A stretch of DNA of 64,000 nucleotides from Candidatus Omnitrophota bacterium (GTDB lineage Bacteria > Omnitrophota > Omnitrophia > Omnitrophales > Omnitrophaceae). This document shows, one piece after another, positions 18,525 through 28,299 of this stretch. The notes beneath the pieces were generated by a model. The model made no database searches. It saw nothing but the letters and a program-made list of their open reading frames with translations, and was not told where the DNA came from. The stretch is from contig JAKQXH010000044.1 in NCBI GenBank assembly GCA_029561555.1, forward strand, positions 9,691 to 73,690. Reading direction: 5' to 3'. The stretch's first letter is position 1. Each line of letters opens with the position of its first letter. The position numbers were made by a program, and so were the translations under genes.

Positions 18525-19586
18525 TTACCATTTGAAAGCGATTCCGGTCCGGATGCATCGCGAGCAAATGCCGATATTGCGGCGTCCGGTGGTTTTGTGA
18601 ATCAATCGCATCGATTGGACTTTTCCGCCGTTCCATATCTGCCTGAGAGAGGTTTCGCCCGGTTTGTATTTCCCGTAAGGCCTGTCTCCGCTCCATACCG
18701 CGTAATCGCAACAGGGGAGAACCGAACCGTCCCAGTCGATGGAAAGAACCTTCCAAAGCCAATCGCAGGCCAGATCCAACGGCGGCGACAAGTTCCCTTG
18801 GGGCCGTTCGACTTGTTCCATGCCCCGGGGGTCGCCGGGGCGCACATTGAAGAAAGTGCCGAGACGTTCCGAAAATTTCCGCATCAGTTCGAGTTCGTGT
18901 CTGTTGTGTTCGTATAAAATATAATCGATCAAAACAGTGGTCGGGTTTCCTTGTTTTTGATTTAACCGGACAAACGTTTCAATGTTTTTTTTGACGGTTT
19001 CAATATCCCCGCGCCGGTGTTCGATTCGGTGAACCGGTTGGGTGAACCCGCTGACGTGGATTTTGATGAAATCCAGCCCCGCGGCGATCAGTTCGCCCGA
19101 GCGCTTTTCGTCCAGCAGGATGCCGTTTGTCGCGATCATAGTCGCGACGCGGTTTTTTGTCGAAAAAGCGATGATTTCGGCAAGCGGCCTGTAGATGAGA
19201 GGCTCGCCGTTGATGTAAGGGACGGACAGGAACAGGCGGTCTTTTACTTCGTTTAGGATTTCCTCATAGAGGGCCCGAGGCATTTGCCCTTTGGGCATGA
19301 AACCGCCGGGATTCCCGGGGTTCTGATCGTAAATGTCTCCTTGGCCGGTCCGGCAGTACACACAGGACTCATTGCATTCGTTCCAGAGCTCGAAATTAAT
19401 CATCAAAGGGGTCGGGGCCGATTTTTTCAGGCGAAGAAAATAAGCCAGGTAACAATGCAGGGCGTTCAGGATTTTTTTCGGGGTGAGTTTCCTTTTTTTC
19501 AGCAGAAAAAAGGGGATGTAGAATTTCAGGAAACGGTACTGATGCCTTCTGGCGTATCGATTTGATTCCGATCCCGTGCCGGACAT
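18525..19586 (-). CDS. Radical SAM / SPASM-twitch domain protein, paralog 2.
   Basis: CNESCVYC CxxxCxxC cluster. C-terminal Cys-rich region (CDWLW...LPCCDY...CSRC). Paralogous N-terminal pattern PL.I....LT..CN..C.YC. Confidence 0.75.
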   Translation of the reverse strand: MSGTGSESNRYARRHQYRFLKFYIPFFLLKKRKLTPKKILNALHCYLAYFLRLKKSAPTPLMINFELWNECNESCVYCRTGQGDIYDQNPGNPGGFMPKGQMPRALYEEILNEVKDRLFLSVPYINGEPLIYRPLAEIIAFSTKNRVATMIATNGILLDEKRSGELIAAGLDFIKIHVSGFTQPVHRIEHRRGDIETVKKNIETFVRLNQKQGNPTTVLIDYILYEHNRHELELMRKFSERLGTFFNVRPGDPRGMEQVERPQGNLSPPLDLACDWLWKVLSIDWDGSVLPCCDYAVWSGDRPYGKYKPGETSLRQIWNGGKVQSMRLIHKTTGRRNIGICSRCIRTGIAFKW

Positions 19587-19598
19587 GGTTTGTTCGGG

Positions 19599-20558
19599 TT
19601 ATAACCCGACTGAGTTTCTGATGATGTAGTTCGGCCGTTTGGCGACGTCCCGGTAAATCCGGCCGAGATACAAACCGAAAACGCCGATGGTAAACAAAAC
19701 GATGCCGTTCAGAAAGAAAATAGAACTCATGATGGCCGTCCATCCGGGCATATCATTGCGTCCGAGCAGCTTGTTCAGCAGAATGACCACAAAGCACGCG
19801 AAGGAAAGAAATGAGATGGCAAATCCGAGAAAAAGCGACAACCGGAGAGGGGCGGCCGAGAAGGTGATGACACCCCTTTCAAATTCTTTCATGGGACCCC
19901 ACCCGAGCAGGGGGAAGTGAGTCTGTCCCTTGTGCCGGGCTTCTCTTTCGTAGAAAACGTTTTCCTGCTTGAACCCGATCCAGTGCACCAGACCGCGCAT
20001 GAAAGGATCGTATTCTTCGAGCCGGACCAACTCACTGACGGCCCTCCTCGATAAAAGCTTGAAATCCCCGGAGTTGGGGAGAATCTTGGTTTCGGAGATC
20101 AGATTCAGAAAGCGATAAGCCATTCCGGTGAGAAATAGCTTGACCGGATTTTCCCCTTTCCGTTTGGTCCTTGTCGAGTGGACGATTTCCGCGCCGTTGC
20201 GCCATTTCTCGACCATGGCGGGAATCACTTCGGGGGGGTCCTGAAGATCGCAATCCATATATACGACGGCGTCTCCGGATGCCGCCCTTAAGCCCGCCAA
20301 AGCGCATTGATGGACCCCGAAACACCGGGACATATTGATGATCTTGACGGCCGGGTCCTTTTCCCGTTCTTTCAGGAGGATATCAAGTGAATTGTCCGTG
20401 GAATCGTCATTAACGAAAATCATTTCGTAATCAAGGGAGAGATGTTTTGCGACAGCACGGACCCGCTTGATCAGTTCTTCAAAGACTTCCGCTTCATTGC
20501 GGAAAGAAAACACAATGGACAGCAGCATGGGCACCCTCCTTTTTCTGCGGGGCAGCAA
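19599..20558 (-). CDS. GT2 glycosyltransferase of the polyprenyl-phosphate sugar synthase type (GtrB/CsbB/DPM1-like) with a C-terminal TM anchor.
   Basis: LSIVFSFRNE...FVNDDSTDNS...DCDLQDPPE (DxD region). Two C-terminal hydrophobic helices. 319 aa, typical of the GtrB/ArnC family. Confidence 0.75.
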   Translation of the reverse strand: MLPRRKRRVPMLLSIVFSFRNEAEVFEELIKRVRAVAKHLSLDYEMIFVNDDSTDNSLDILLKEREKDPAVKIINMSRCFGVHQCALAGLRAASGDAVVYMDCDLQDPPEVIPAMVEKWRNGAEIVHSTRTKRKGENPVKLFLTGMAYRFLNLISETKILPNSGDFKLLSRRAVSELVRLEEYDPFMRGLVHWIGFKQENVFYEREARHKGQTHFPLLGWGPMKEFERGVITFSAAPLRLSLFLGFAISFLSFACFVVILLNKLLGRNDMPGWTAIMSSIFFLNGIVLFTIGVFGLYLGRIYRDVAKRPNYIIRNSVGL

Positions 20559-20620
20559 TTTTCAGGCGCTATTGTGACATAAAACGGCCCCGTATTGAAC
20601 CAAGAAATAACTTTAACCGG

Positions 20621-22192
20621 TTAATCCGACGCTTGCCCGGGAGGGTTTGGTCTGTCCTTGAATTCCGTCAATCCCGAAAAGGCGCTTAAAAAAAAGCGGA
20701 ACGAAACGGCCGTTTCCCTCTTTATCACGCTATAGTAAAAAAATTGAACGAGTTTCACGAAAAGAGAGACCGCCAAGACGCAATACCCGGAGAATTTCCC
20801 GAGACGTTTTAAAAGGCTTTCGGTTTTTCGGAATTTTCCGGGACGAAAATCCAGGACCGAAAGATTGTCCCAAATTCTCCGGAAGCGGGCGTATGATGCA
20901 AAATACGCGTAAAGCAAATCCCTCCGGATTTCCGCCTCCGTGCTGCCGGGCGGGACATAAGAGAAAGGGGTCGGCTTGAAAGGATTTTCGATCAGCAGTG
21001 ATACCGAATTGAAATTTTCCCAAAGCCCTTTAACGTTTAAACGGTTCTGCTTTTTTGCGATTTCGTACAGTTCCGTTCCGGGGAAGGGGGTGGCGTTGTT
21101 GTAGCGGACAACGTCCAGTTTTAATTTTTGATCCATCCGGACGGAAGCCATTCTGTTTTCGCGGCTGTCGCCGGGAAGTCCGAAGATGAAAGTCGCGCGG
21201 ATCTTGAAACCCGCTTGTTTTGCCTGTCGGACCGCATCGGCCATTTGAGCGCTGGTTTCTCCCTTTTTGATCGTTTTGAGAACATCGTCGGTGGCGGCTT
21301 CCAGGCCGAAACTGATGGTGTCGAATCCGCTCACGCGAAGCTCTTGCAATAGAGCGGCATCGATATTGTCCGCCCGGGCTTGACAGTCAAACCGCATTTT
21401 TTTGTGCAACTCCTTTTCCCGGATTCCTTTCAGCAGAGCGCAGACTTTGTTCCGGTCAATCAGAAAACTGTCGTCCAGGAAGGAGATGTTGCGAAGATGG
21501 TACCGGCTGCCGAGAAGTTCCAATTCTTCGAAAACGGCTTCAGCGGGCCGGAAACGGAATTTCAGGCCGGTCACGATACGATTACTGCAAAAGATGCATT
21601 TGAAGGGGCAGCCTCTGGAGCTCATGATGAACCCGAGGTCATAAGATTCCGGAGAGAATAAATGATACGGGAATAAAGGGTAATCGGAAAGATCGTCGTG
21701 CGGGAAAAGTCTTTGATTGTGGATGATTTTCCCGCTCTGCTTGCGGGAAAGGTTCGGGATGTGAGAGACGGGACTTCCGTTTTTCAGGCACCGGTATAAT
21801 TCCGGCAGCGTTCGCTCGGATTCTCCGCTGAGGACAAAATCGACATGATCATACGCCAAGGACTCTTCGGGGAGCGCGGTTGGGTGGATGTTTCCGAACA
21901 AAATAATAGAGTCGGGATACAATGTCTTTAGAATTTTCGAAAGTTCGATCGCGCGTTTGAAGCTTGCCGTCAGTACGCTGAATCCGAAAATATAAGGTTT
22001 TTCCAGTCGCGCGATCGTTTCCGCAATGCGCGGTAAGATGCGGTCTTCAATTTGCTCGTCGATATAATGGGGGGTGATTCCTTCCCGTTCCAAAAACGCC
22101 ATCAGATAGCCGATGCCGATCGGGATCCAGCGGGGCAGGAACGGCTGAAACAATCTGAGTGTGTCTTTGGAAGATGGGTTGATGAGAATCAT
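20621..22192 (-). CDS. Cobalamin-binding (class B) radical SAM protein, paralog 4.
   Basis: MILINPSS... N-terminal B12-like domain. SRGCPFKCIFC motif. 523 aa. Confidence 0.8.
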   Translation of the reverse strand: MILINPSSKDTLRLFQPFLPRWIPIGIGYLMAFLEREGITPHYIDEQIEDRILPRIAETIARLEKPYIFGFSVLTASFKRAIELSKILKTLYPDSIILFGNIHPTALPEESLAYDHVDFVLSGESERTLPELYRCLKNGSPVSHIPNLSRKQSGKIIHNQRLFPHDDLSDYPLFPYHLFSPESYDLGFIMSSRGCPFKCIFCSNRIVTGLKFRFRPAEAVFEELELLGSRYHLRNISFLDDSFLIDRNKVCALLKGIREKELHKKMRFDCQARADNIDAALLQELRVSGFDTISFGLEAATDDVLKTIKKGETSAQMADAVRQAKQAGFKIRATFIFGLPGDSRENRMASVRMDQKLKLDVVRYNNATPFPGTELYEIAKKQNRLNVKGLWENFNSVSLLIENPFKPTPFSYVPPGSTEAEIRRDLLYAYFASYARFRRIWDNLSVLDFRPGKFRKTESLLKRLGKFSGYCVLAVSLFVKLVQFFYYSVIKRETAVSFRFFLSAFSGLTEFKDRPNPPGQASD

Positions 22193-22195
22193 GGC

Positions 22196-23620
22196 TTACT
22201 TTTGATTCATTTTGCTCAGCATATGAAAACCGGTCTTAATGGTTCGATAGGCTTCTTCGGGTTTGATATGAAGAAGCCGTTTCAGAAGATATCCGGGCCG
22301 GCGGTAAAAGTTCCTGACCGCCTTCCGGCGCATTTGCTCCAGGGTTTCATATGAATAATCTTTTGTCCAAGCCAAAAGCGGCATGGCGGGGGCCGGTTGC
22401 ATCGCGTATTCTCTCCAGAAATCTCTTTGAAGAATCCCTTGCTCCAGCGCCATTTGGTAAGCCTCGGTTCCCGGGAGGATGTTGAATATCGCGTATTCCA
22501 GATAGGTCGGCTTGATTTCCTGCGCGAGCTTGATGGTCTCGCCCATCTCTTCAAGCGTTTCTCCGGGGTTTCCCAAAATAAAATAGGCGACGGTGTCGAT
22601 TCCGCATTGATTGGTCAACGCGAAACACTTTCGGATCATGCCGACGTCCGTTTCTTTCTTCAAAATTTTCAGAACCCGGTCCGTGCCGGCTTCGACTCCG
22701 TATTGAATTCTCTGGCAGCCCGCTTTTTTTATTAATTTCAGCATCTCGAGGTTGACCGCGTTGACTCGGCCCCGGAAAGACCATTTGAATTTTAATTTTC
22801 TTTGAAGGACTTCGGTCGCGAATTCGATTACGCGTTTGACGTTCAGGTTGAAAGTCTCGTCGTAGAACTCCACTTCTTTAATGCCTAAATCGAGGTAGAT
22901 CTCAATTTGTCGAAGCACCTTTTCCATGGACAGTAAACGGATGCGGCTGAAGTCCAATTTGCAAAAGATGCAATGAAAAGGGCATCCCCGTGCGCTGATG
23001 GCCGTGGCCATCGGGTTGTTGGTCAGGAAAGACCGGTATTTTTTATAGGGCAGGAGCGTGAGGTCGGGAATGGGCAGGGAATTCAGGTCTTGGAGTTGAA
23101 ATTCTTTGAATGAATCCAAATCATCCGCTAAGTTTTCTGATGTGTAAAGCCCCGAAATCCTTCCAAGACTCTCATTTCCCCCGAAATTCCGGCACAGTTC
23201 GGAAAAAGGAATCTCTCCGTCCCCCAGAACGACGGAATCGATTCCCGGCAACCGGAGGGATTCTTTCGGGAAAATCGAAAGATGCGGACCGCCCCAGCAA
23301 ATATGCGCGGAGGGGAGAGCTTTTTTTATGATTTGCGTCACGCGAAAAGCGGAATAAAGTTTGAAGGTCACGACGGTGATCCCGACAATGTCCGGCCGGT
23401 AATCCGTTACCAGGCGGATTAACTCTTCTTCGCCGAGGCACTCCAGCTGATTGTCGAGCAGTTTTACTTCAATGTGCGGTTGATTTTTCAGATAGGTCCC
23501 GACGGAAAGAATCCCTAAGGGAGGCTTTTTTTCCATCGCCTCATGGACTTCGTTCATGGTGGTGGCGATCCGTTCCGAAAGATGAGGATTGATCAAAAGG
23601 ATTTTTAGTCTGCCCGCCAT
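22196..23620 (-). CDS. Cobalamin-binding (class B) radical SAM protein, paralog 5.
   Basis: LKILLINPHL... B12-like domain. ARGCPFHCIFC motif. 3-nt gap to paralog 4. Confidence 0.8.
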   Translation of the reverse strand: MAGRLKILLINPHLSERIATTMNEVHEAMEKKPPLGILSVGTYLKNQPHIEVKLLDNQLECLGEEELIRLVTDYRPDIVGITVVTFKLYSAFRVTQIIKKALPSAHICWGGPHLSIFPKESLRLPGIDSVVLGDGEIPFSELCRNFGGNESLGRISGLYTSENLADDLDSFKEFQLQDLNSLPIPDLTLLPYKKYRSFLTNNPMATAISARGCPFHCIFCKLDFSRIRLLSMEKVLRQIEIYLDLGIKEVEFYDETFNLNVKRVIEFATEVLQRKLKFKWSFRGRVNAVNLEMLKLIKKAGCQRIQYGVEAGTDRVLKILKKETDVGMIRKCFALTNQCGIDTVAYFILGNPGETLEEMGETIKLAQEIKPTYLEYAIFNILPGTEAYQMALEQGILQRDFWREYAMQPAPAMPLLAWTKDYSYETLEQMRRKAVRNFYRRPGYLLKRLLHIKPEEAYRTIKTGFHMLSKMNQK

Positions 23621-23688
23621 TTTTTTATCCGCGCGTCGTGCGCTGTTTTAACGAAAAAACGATTTAACTTGCGATAAACAATCGCAGG

Positions 23689-24720
23689 TCAGCGGCTTTT
23701 TAGAGTGCTGATCACTTGTCCTGCGAGAACTTTGAGGTCCAGGCTTGCGATTTTATTGAATTCATTATAGCAGGGGAAGTAACAAGTTTTGCAGGCGTGC
23801 CCGGAACAGTGTTCCCAAGCCTTTTCAATGCCGACTTTCCTGAAGTCCAGGGCGTCAAAGGCGTCGATTAACTGAACGCAGGGATAGGTTCGCCCGTCCG
23901 CGTCGATGAACATCATGAAACGGCCGGCGAAACAGCGTATGTAATCAAAATCGGGTTCTTGCCCCATGACAATGCGTTGATGAGGATCCGGCCAATCGGC
24001 CGCGTAGCGGTAAACGGCTTCCGAGAACAAAATCGGGGCTCCTTGTTTTTTAAGTTCCGCGACCCGGTTGGCCGCTTTCCGGAAAAGGTTTTGCTCGGCC
24101 ATGTATCGGTCCGATTCGCTTTTCCCGCCGGATTGATGAAAGAGAAAATTGAATTCCGCCTGCATCCTTTTTTCCCGGGCCAGGTTGACGATCCAGTCCA
24201 CCGCGTCTGTGTTGTGCCGGGTGATGACCGTTGTCGTGTGAACTTTTATCCCGGCCCGGAGTGCCGCGTCGATTCCCGCCATGATTTCTTCGAAAGATCC
24301 CGTTCCCCGGTTTGCGTCGTTCATTTCCTTGGGCCCGTCGATGGAAACGGTGACCATGTCGATGTCTTTCAGATCCGGAAGCCGCCGGGGGATCAAAATC
24401 CCGTTGGTGTTCATCCCGCATTCAATTCCGCAGTCTTTGATCTTCCGGATGAGAAAGCCGATGTCGTTGCGGAGGAGAGGCTCTCCGCCTCCCAGCGTGA
24501 TGGAACGCGTGCCGAGTTTCCGGAGCCCGTCAATCAGGCCGGAGAGTTCTTCCGTCGTGAAGTCCGCATCCTTTCGCCCGAAATATTGGCCGTAGCAGTA
24601 GCCGCACTTCAGATTGCACCGGAAGGTCGTGTTCAAGACAACAACGAGGGGGGTTCTTCCCCCGGTAAACCGGTCTTTTAAGAGTGTTGCGAAAAATGCG
24701 GCGCGATTGTAAAAGCCCAT
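23689..24720 (-). CDS. Radical SAM / SPASM-twitch domain protein, paralog 3.
   Basis: CNLKCGYC motif. C-terminal CFAG...DADGRTYPC...GHACKTCYFPC Cys cluster, collinear with paralog 1. Confidence 0.8.
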   Translation of the reverse strand: MGFYNRAAFFATLLKDRFTGGRTPLVVVLNTTFRCNLKCGYCYGQYFGRKDADFTTEELSGLIDGLRKLGTRSITLGGGEPLLRNDIGFLIRKIKDCGIECGMNTNGILIPRRLPDLKDIDMVTVSIDGPKEMNDANRGTGSFEEIMAGIDAALRAGIKVHTTTVITRHNTDAVDWIVNLAREKRMQAEFNFLFHQSGGKSESDRYMAEQNLFRKAANRVAELKKQGAPILFSEAVYRYAADWPDPHQRIVMGQEPDFDYIRCFAGRFMMFIDADGRTYPCVQLIDAFDALDFRKVGIEKAWEHCSGHACKTCYFPCYNEFNKIASLDLKVLAGQVISTLKSR

Positions 24721-24742
24721 GCGGTTCCTCTGTTTTAGTGCG

Positions 24743-25780
24743 TCAAGATTTCACATAATTCCATATAACGGCAGGATTCAGATCCATCAAAAGCCCGAAC
24801 TCATGATGATAAATTTGATAGCAGGCTTTGCAGGGGTGCCTGGATGCCGTTTGCCATGCCCGCGCGACTCCCGTCTCGAGAACATTGTCCGCGTCAATTT
24901 TACCGATCAGATGCGGGCAGGCCCATAAGGTCCCGTCCGGGTCGATGATCCCGAAGAATTTTCCCGCCGGGCATCCCGGCATCCCCTCCGGCGGAGGGGC
25001 GTTCACGACGCCTTCGATCGAGAAATCTTTCCAGCAGTTTAAAACGCTTTGAAAGGCTTTTGCGGAAGTCAGGATCGGGGCGCCTTCCTTTTTCCTTCGG
25101 ATAATATGAAGAAGCGCGTTCCGGAATTCTTCCGTGGAGGGTTTGAATTCGTCCTCCGGAAGGCTGTTCCCGAAAATGTTGGAGATCACAAGGGAAAATT
25201 CCGTTTTGAAGCCGTACCGACGGGCCAGATCCAGCAGGTAATCGATGTCATTCAGATTATGTTTGCTGAGGACCGTATTCGAATGAACACGAATGCCGGC
25301 TTTCCTCGCCGCGATAATGCCGTTGAGGGCCTTTGCCGCGGTTCCCGCGCCCCGAAGCCGGTCATGATGCTCGGGCCGGCCGTCGAGACTGACGGCCAGG
25401 GAATCCGGTCGGGATCTTGCCGTTTTTAATTCCGAGAGAAACTGGGGGATGAGGATCCCGTTTGAATTCAGCGTGGAATACATTCCCAGGGAATTGACGA
25501 ATGCGATCAGTTCGCCGATGTCTTTCCGCAATAGCGGCTCTCCGCCGCCGAAACTGATTCGTTGACAGCCGTTTTGGCGGAGCGCCAGGATTATTTCCTT
25601 GACCTTTTCCGTGGACAGTTCGTTTTCACCGCTCCGGTTGTAATATTCCGCATAACAATGCCTGCAACGTGAATTGCAGCGGTTCGTCAGGTTGATGATG
25701 ACGGTTAAGGGAACATTTTTCCGGAGCAATTTCGACCGGAGCAGTCCAAAGAAAAATCGACAGCTTTTCAGGATTGCCAT
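24743..25780 (-). CDS. Radical SAM / SPASM-twitch domain protein, paralog 4.
   Basis: CNSRCRHC motif. C-terminal Cys cluster (CPAGKFFGIIDPDGTLWACP...CKACY). Confidence 0.8.
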   Translation of the reverse strand: MAILKSCRFFFGLLRSKLLRKNVPLTVIINLTNRCNSRCRHCYAEYYNRSGENELSTEKVKEIILALRQNGCQRISFGGGEPLLRKDIGELIAFVNSLGMYSTLNSNGILIPQFLSELKTARSRPDSLAVSLDGRPEHHDRLRGAGTAAKALNGIIAARKAGIRVHSNTVLSKHNLNDIDYLLDLARRYGFKTEFSLVISNIFGNSLPEDEFKPSTEEFRNALLHIIRRKKEGAPILTSAKAFQSVLNCWKDFSIEGVVNAPPPEGMPGCPAGKFFGIIDPDGTLWACPHLIGKIDADNVLETGVARAWQTASRHPCKACYQIYHHEFGLLMDLNPAVIWNYVKS

Positions 25781-25789
25781 GAAGAAGCG

Positions 25790-27307
25790 CTACTCCAGAT
25801 ATTCCCGAAGATAACCCAGGAAAAATCCCGGGTTCTGAAAGAACCCCATGTCATGCGCGAGGGCCATGTAAAATCGCGGCCGCTTCAGGGCGTCGAGCAG
25901 GAGGCTTTTCCGATTGATCCGGGCAAATTCCTCCATGGCCCCGTCGAGGACCCGCTTTTTTTCTTCCGCATCAATGCCTTCGGTCAGAGAAGAAGCGGTG
26001 CTGATATGGCAACGGTCCCGGTATTCGGCCAAGCCCTGAGGATTTTTCCTTGCGAGAAAATCCGCAAGTTCGGTTCCCGCGGCGGGCGTGGCCAGATAAG
26101 GATAAACGATATAAGGCTTGATTTCCTTGATGAGATTGACGGTGTCCCGTATTTCTTTCGTGCCTTCCCAGGGGAGGCCGACCATGCAGAAAGCGACCAT
26201 GTAGAGGCCGTGCTTGCGGATCAATTTCGCGCATCGGCGCACGTCATCCACCGTGTTGCCTTTTTTGATCAGTTCCCGGATGCCGGGATTTCCGACCTCC
26301 ACGCCGACCGCGATATGCTGTCCGCCGGCTTTCTTCATCATGGACAGCGTTTTATCGTCCGCCATTTCCGCCCGCGTCTGTGCCGACCAAAAAAGCGGAA
26401 GGCGGCGACGGAGAAGCAGGTCGCAGAATTCGAGGGCCCGGTCTTTTTGAATGAAGAAAATGTCATCGCAGATATAAAAGTATCTTGTGCCAAAACGCCG
26501 GTACACGCTTTCCATTTCATCGACCATGTTTTTCGCGGAGCGGAGGCGGGGTTTGTATCCCCAGCTCGTGTGACACCCGCAGAAGACGCAATCGAAGGGG
26601 CATCCCCTTGAACCGTAAATTCCCTGGAATGAGTGGGGAGGTGTTTTTTCGGCACCGTAGAGGAGGTGCCGGGCGGGAAAGGGAAGCCAGTCTAAATCTT
26701 CAAGCGGGGGCCGGTCTTCATTGTGAACCATGCCGCCGTTTTTCTTCCAACTGAGGCCTTTGATTTTCGAAAAGTCGTTTGATTTTGACGCCAACGCTTG
26801 AACCAGTTCAACTGCGGTGACTTCCGGCTCCTTCCTCAGGGCGAAATCCATGACGGAAACGTCCGCGTTCGTGCTGGGGTCGATGGCACAGTGCAGTCCG
26901 CGGTTGGTGCAGCCTTCAAAGACGGTTTTAATGGCGGGGTCCAGTTCTTTCGCTGTTTTTGCGATTTTGTTTCCCGCGGTGAGCGTGGTGCTGAAAACGC
27001 TGAGGAATAACAGGTCCGGCCGGTATTGCCGGATGAATTGCCGTATTTCTTCCCAAATCGGGTCCCCGTCGTCGTGCAATCGCCGGTCGTATTCTTCCGC
27101 GAGCTCCGTGAGGGCTTTAATGTTCAGATGGTTGGTGTTTCCGAGAATGGTTTTTTTGTGCGGATCAAAATCCGCGTTGTAAATCAAGATATCGTTAAAT
27201 CCGGCCTTTTCGAGTACGGCCGCGATGTAACAGCAGGAAGGGGGATAGTGAACGAGGGATGCCCTTTGCAAACGGTAAAAGGGAGGGTTGATGATCAGAA
27301 TTTTCAT
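25790..27307 (-). CDS. Cobalamin-binding (class B) radical SAM protein, paralog 6.
   Basis: MKILIINPPF... B12-like domain. SRGCPFDCVFC motif. 9-nt gap to SPASM paralog 4. Its start overlaps the upstream SDR gene stop (ATGA). Confidence 0.8.
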   Translation of the reverse strand: MKILIINPPFYRLQRASLVHYPPSCCYIAAVLEKAGFNDILIYNADFDPHKKTILGNTNHLNIKALTELAEEYDRRLHDDGDPIWEEIRQFIRQYRPDLLFLSVFSTTLTAGNKIAKTAKELDPAIKTVFEGCTNRGLHCAIDPSTNADVSVMDFALRKEPEVTAVELVQALASKSNDFSKIKGLSWKKNGGMVHNEDRPPLEDLDWLPFPARHLLYGAEKTPPHSFQGIYGSRGCPFDCVFCGCHTSWGYKPRLRSAKNMVDEMESVYRRFGTRYFYICDDIFFIQKDRALEFCDLLLRRRLPLFWSAQTRAEMADDKTLSMMKKAGGQHIAVGVEVGNPGIRELIKKGNTVDDVRRCAKLIRKHGLYMVAFCMVGLPWEGTKEIRDTVNLIKEIKPYIVYPYLATPAAGTELADFLARKNPQGLAEYRDRCHISTASSLTEGIDAEEKKRVLDGAMEEFARINRKSLLLDALKRPRFYMALAHDMGFFQNPGFFLGYLREYLE

Positions 27308-28299
27308 TGTTTTTTATCTCGTTGCGCTAAGGATCGCATCCAGCGGATCGTTTTTTCCAGATCGAAAGCGATGGGCCCCGGAGCAAATCCCAGTTCCCGC
27401 TTTGCTTTTTCATTCGAATAAAAATGATACCGGCCGAGATAGGAATTGACCGATTTCAGGCTCAAGGGCATTGTTTTCTTGGTTATGACGGACAATGCGT
27501 CGAACCCCAATCCCGCGGTTCGGAGAAAAAACATGGGCAAGGGAAACCGGATGCGTTTTTCTCCGAAAAGAGAATCGATTTGCCCGACAATGTCTCTGAA
27601 TCTCATATTCGCGTTTGACAAAATGTATCGCCCGAACGTTTTTCCTTTTTCAAGCGCAAGCCGGTGCCCTTCGGCGACATCTTCAACTCCCACCAGATTG
27701 ATGCCTCCGGGAAGATAGAAGGGCCAGTTTTTCAACTTGGCTATTATAGCATTTGAAGGAGTGATGCGAAAATCATCCGCTCCGATAACGGTCGAGGGAC
27801 AGACGGTGACGAGAGGAAGCTTTCTTTCTCTGGCGAAGGATAAAAGCTCTATCTCGGATCTCAGTTTGGCTTCCACGTAGGCGGATCCCGGGGTTTCGTT
27901 CCAGGATGTTTCGTCGAGCAAACGGGAAGGGGATAAGGAAGCGCCGACGGCGGCGACCGAACCGGTGTAAATGAATTTCCGAACGCCGGCATTCAGGGAA
28001 GCTTTGGCGGTATTGAGGCTGCCTTCGATCGCGGTTTTCAGGATTTCTTCTTTCCGGCAGGGATCGGTCGAGTAAACGGCTGCGGTATGAATGACGCCTT
28101 CACATTGGGCTAGAGCGTCCGTCAGACTTTTCAGATTAAGGATATCTCCTTCGACGATTTCAAAATTTCCCTTCAGGTTTTCCAGGGCTTTCCGATTGCT
28201 GCCGGGACGGCAAAAAGCTTTGACGCGATATCCGCAGTGAAGCAGATTTTTTACCACATGGCTTCCGATGTGACCGTTTGCCCCCGTGACGAGAATCAT
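27304..28299 (-). CDS. NAD(P)-dependent epimerase/dehydratase (extended SDR).
   Basis: MILVTGANGHIGSHVV Rossmann motif at the chosen start (28299). The ORF-track extension to 28521 overlaps the upstream GT2 and looks non-coding. The chosen start forms a 4-nt ATGA-type overlap with the GT2 stop. Confidence 0.7.
   Translation of the reverse strand: MILVTGANGHIGSHVVKNLLHCGYRVKAFCRPGSNRKALENLKGNFEIVEGDILNLKSLTDALAQCEGVIHTAAVYSTDPCRKEEILKTAIEGSLNTAKASLNAGVRKFIYTGSVAAVGASLSPSRLLDETSWNETPGSAYVEAKLRSEIELLSFARERKLPLVTVCPSTVIGADDFRITPSNAIIAKLKNWPFYLPGGINLVGVEDVAEGHRLALEKGKTFGRYILSNANMRFRDIVGQIDSLFGEKRIRFPLPMFFLRTAGLGFDALSVITKKTMPLSLKSVNSYLGRYHFYSNEKAKRELGFAPGPIAFDLEKTIRWMRSLAQRDKKQ

Noticed and set aside
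11191-27307. RiPP (radical-SAM modified peptide) cluster interpretation of the SPASM + B12-rSAM pairs
   Set aside because: No small precursor-peptide ORF with an RBS, no RRE/PqqD-like or leader-peptidase/transporter genes were found. The context is sugar-nucleotide, GT2 and GT-C genes, which favours glycan or lipid tailoring.
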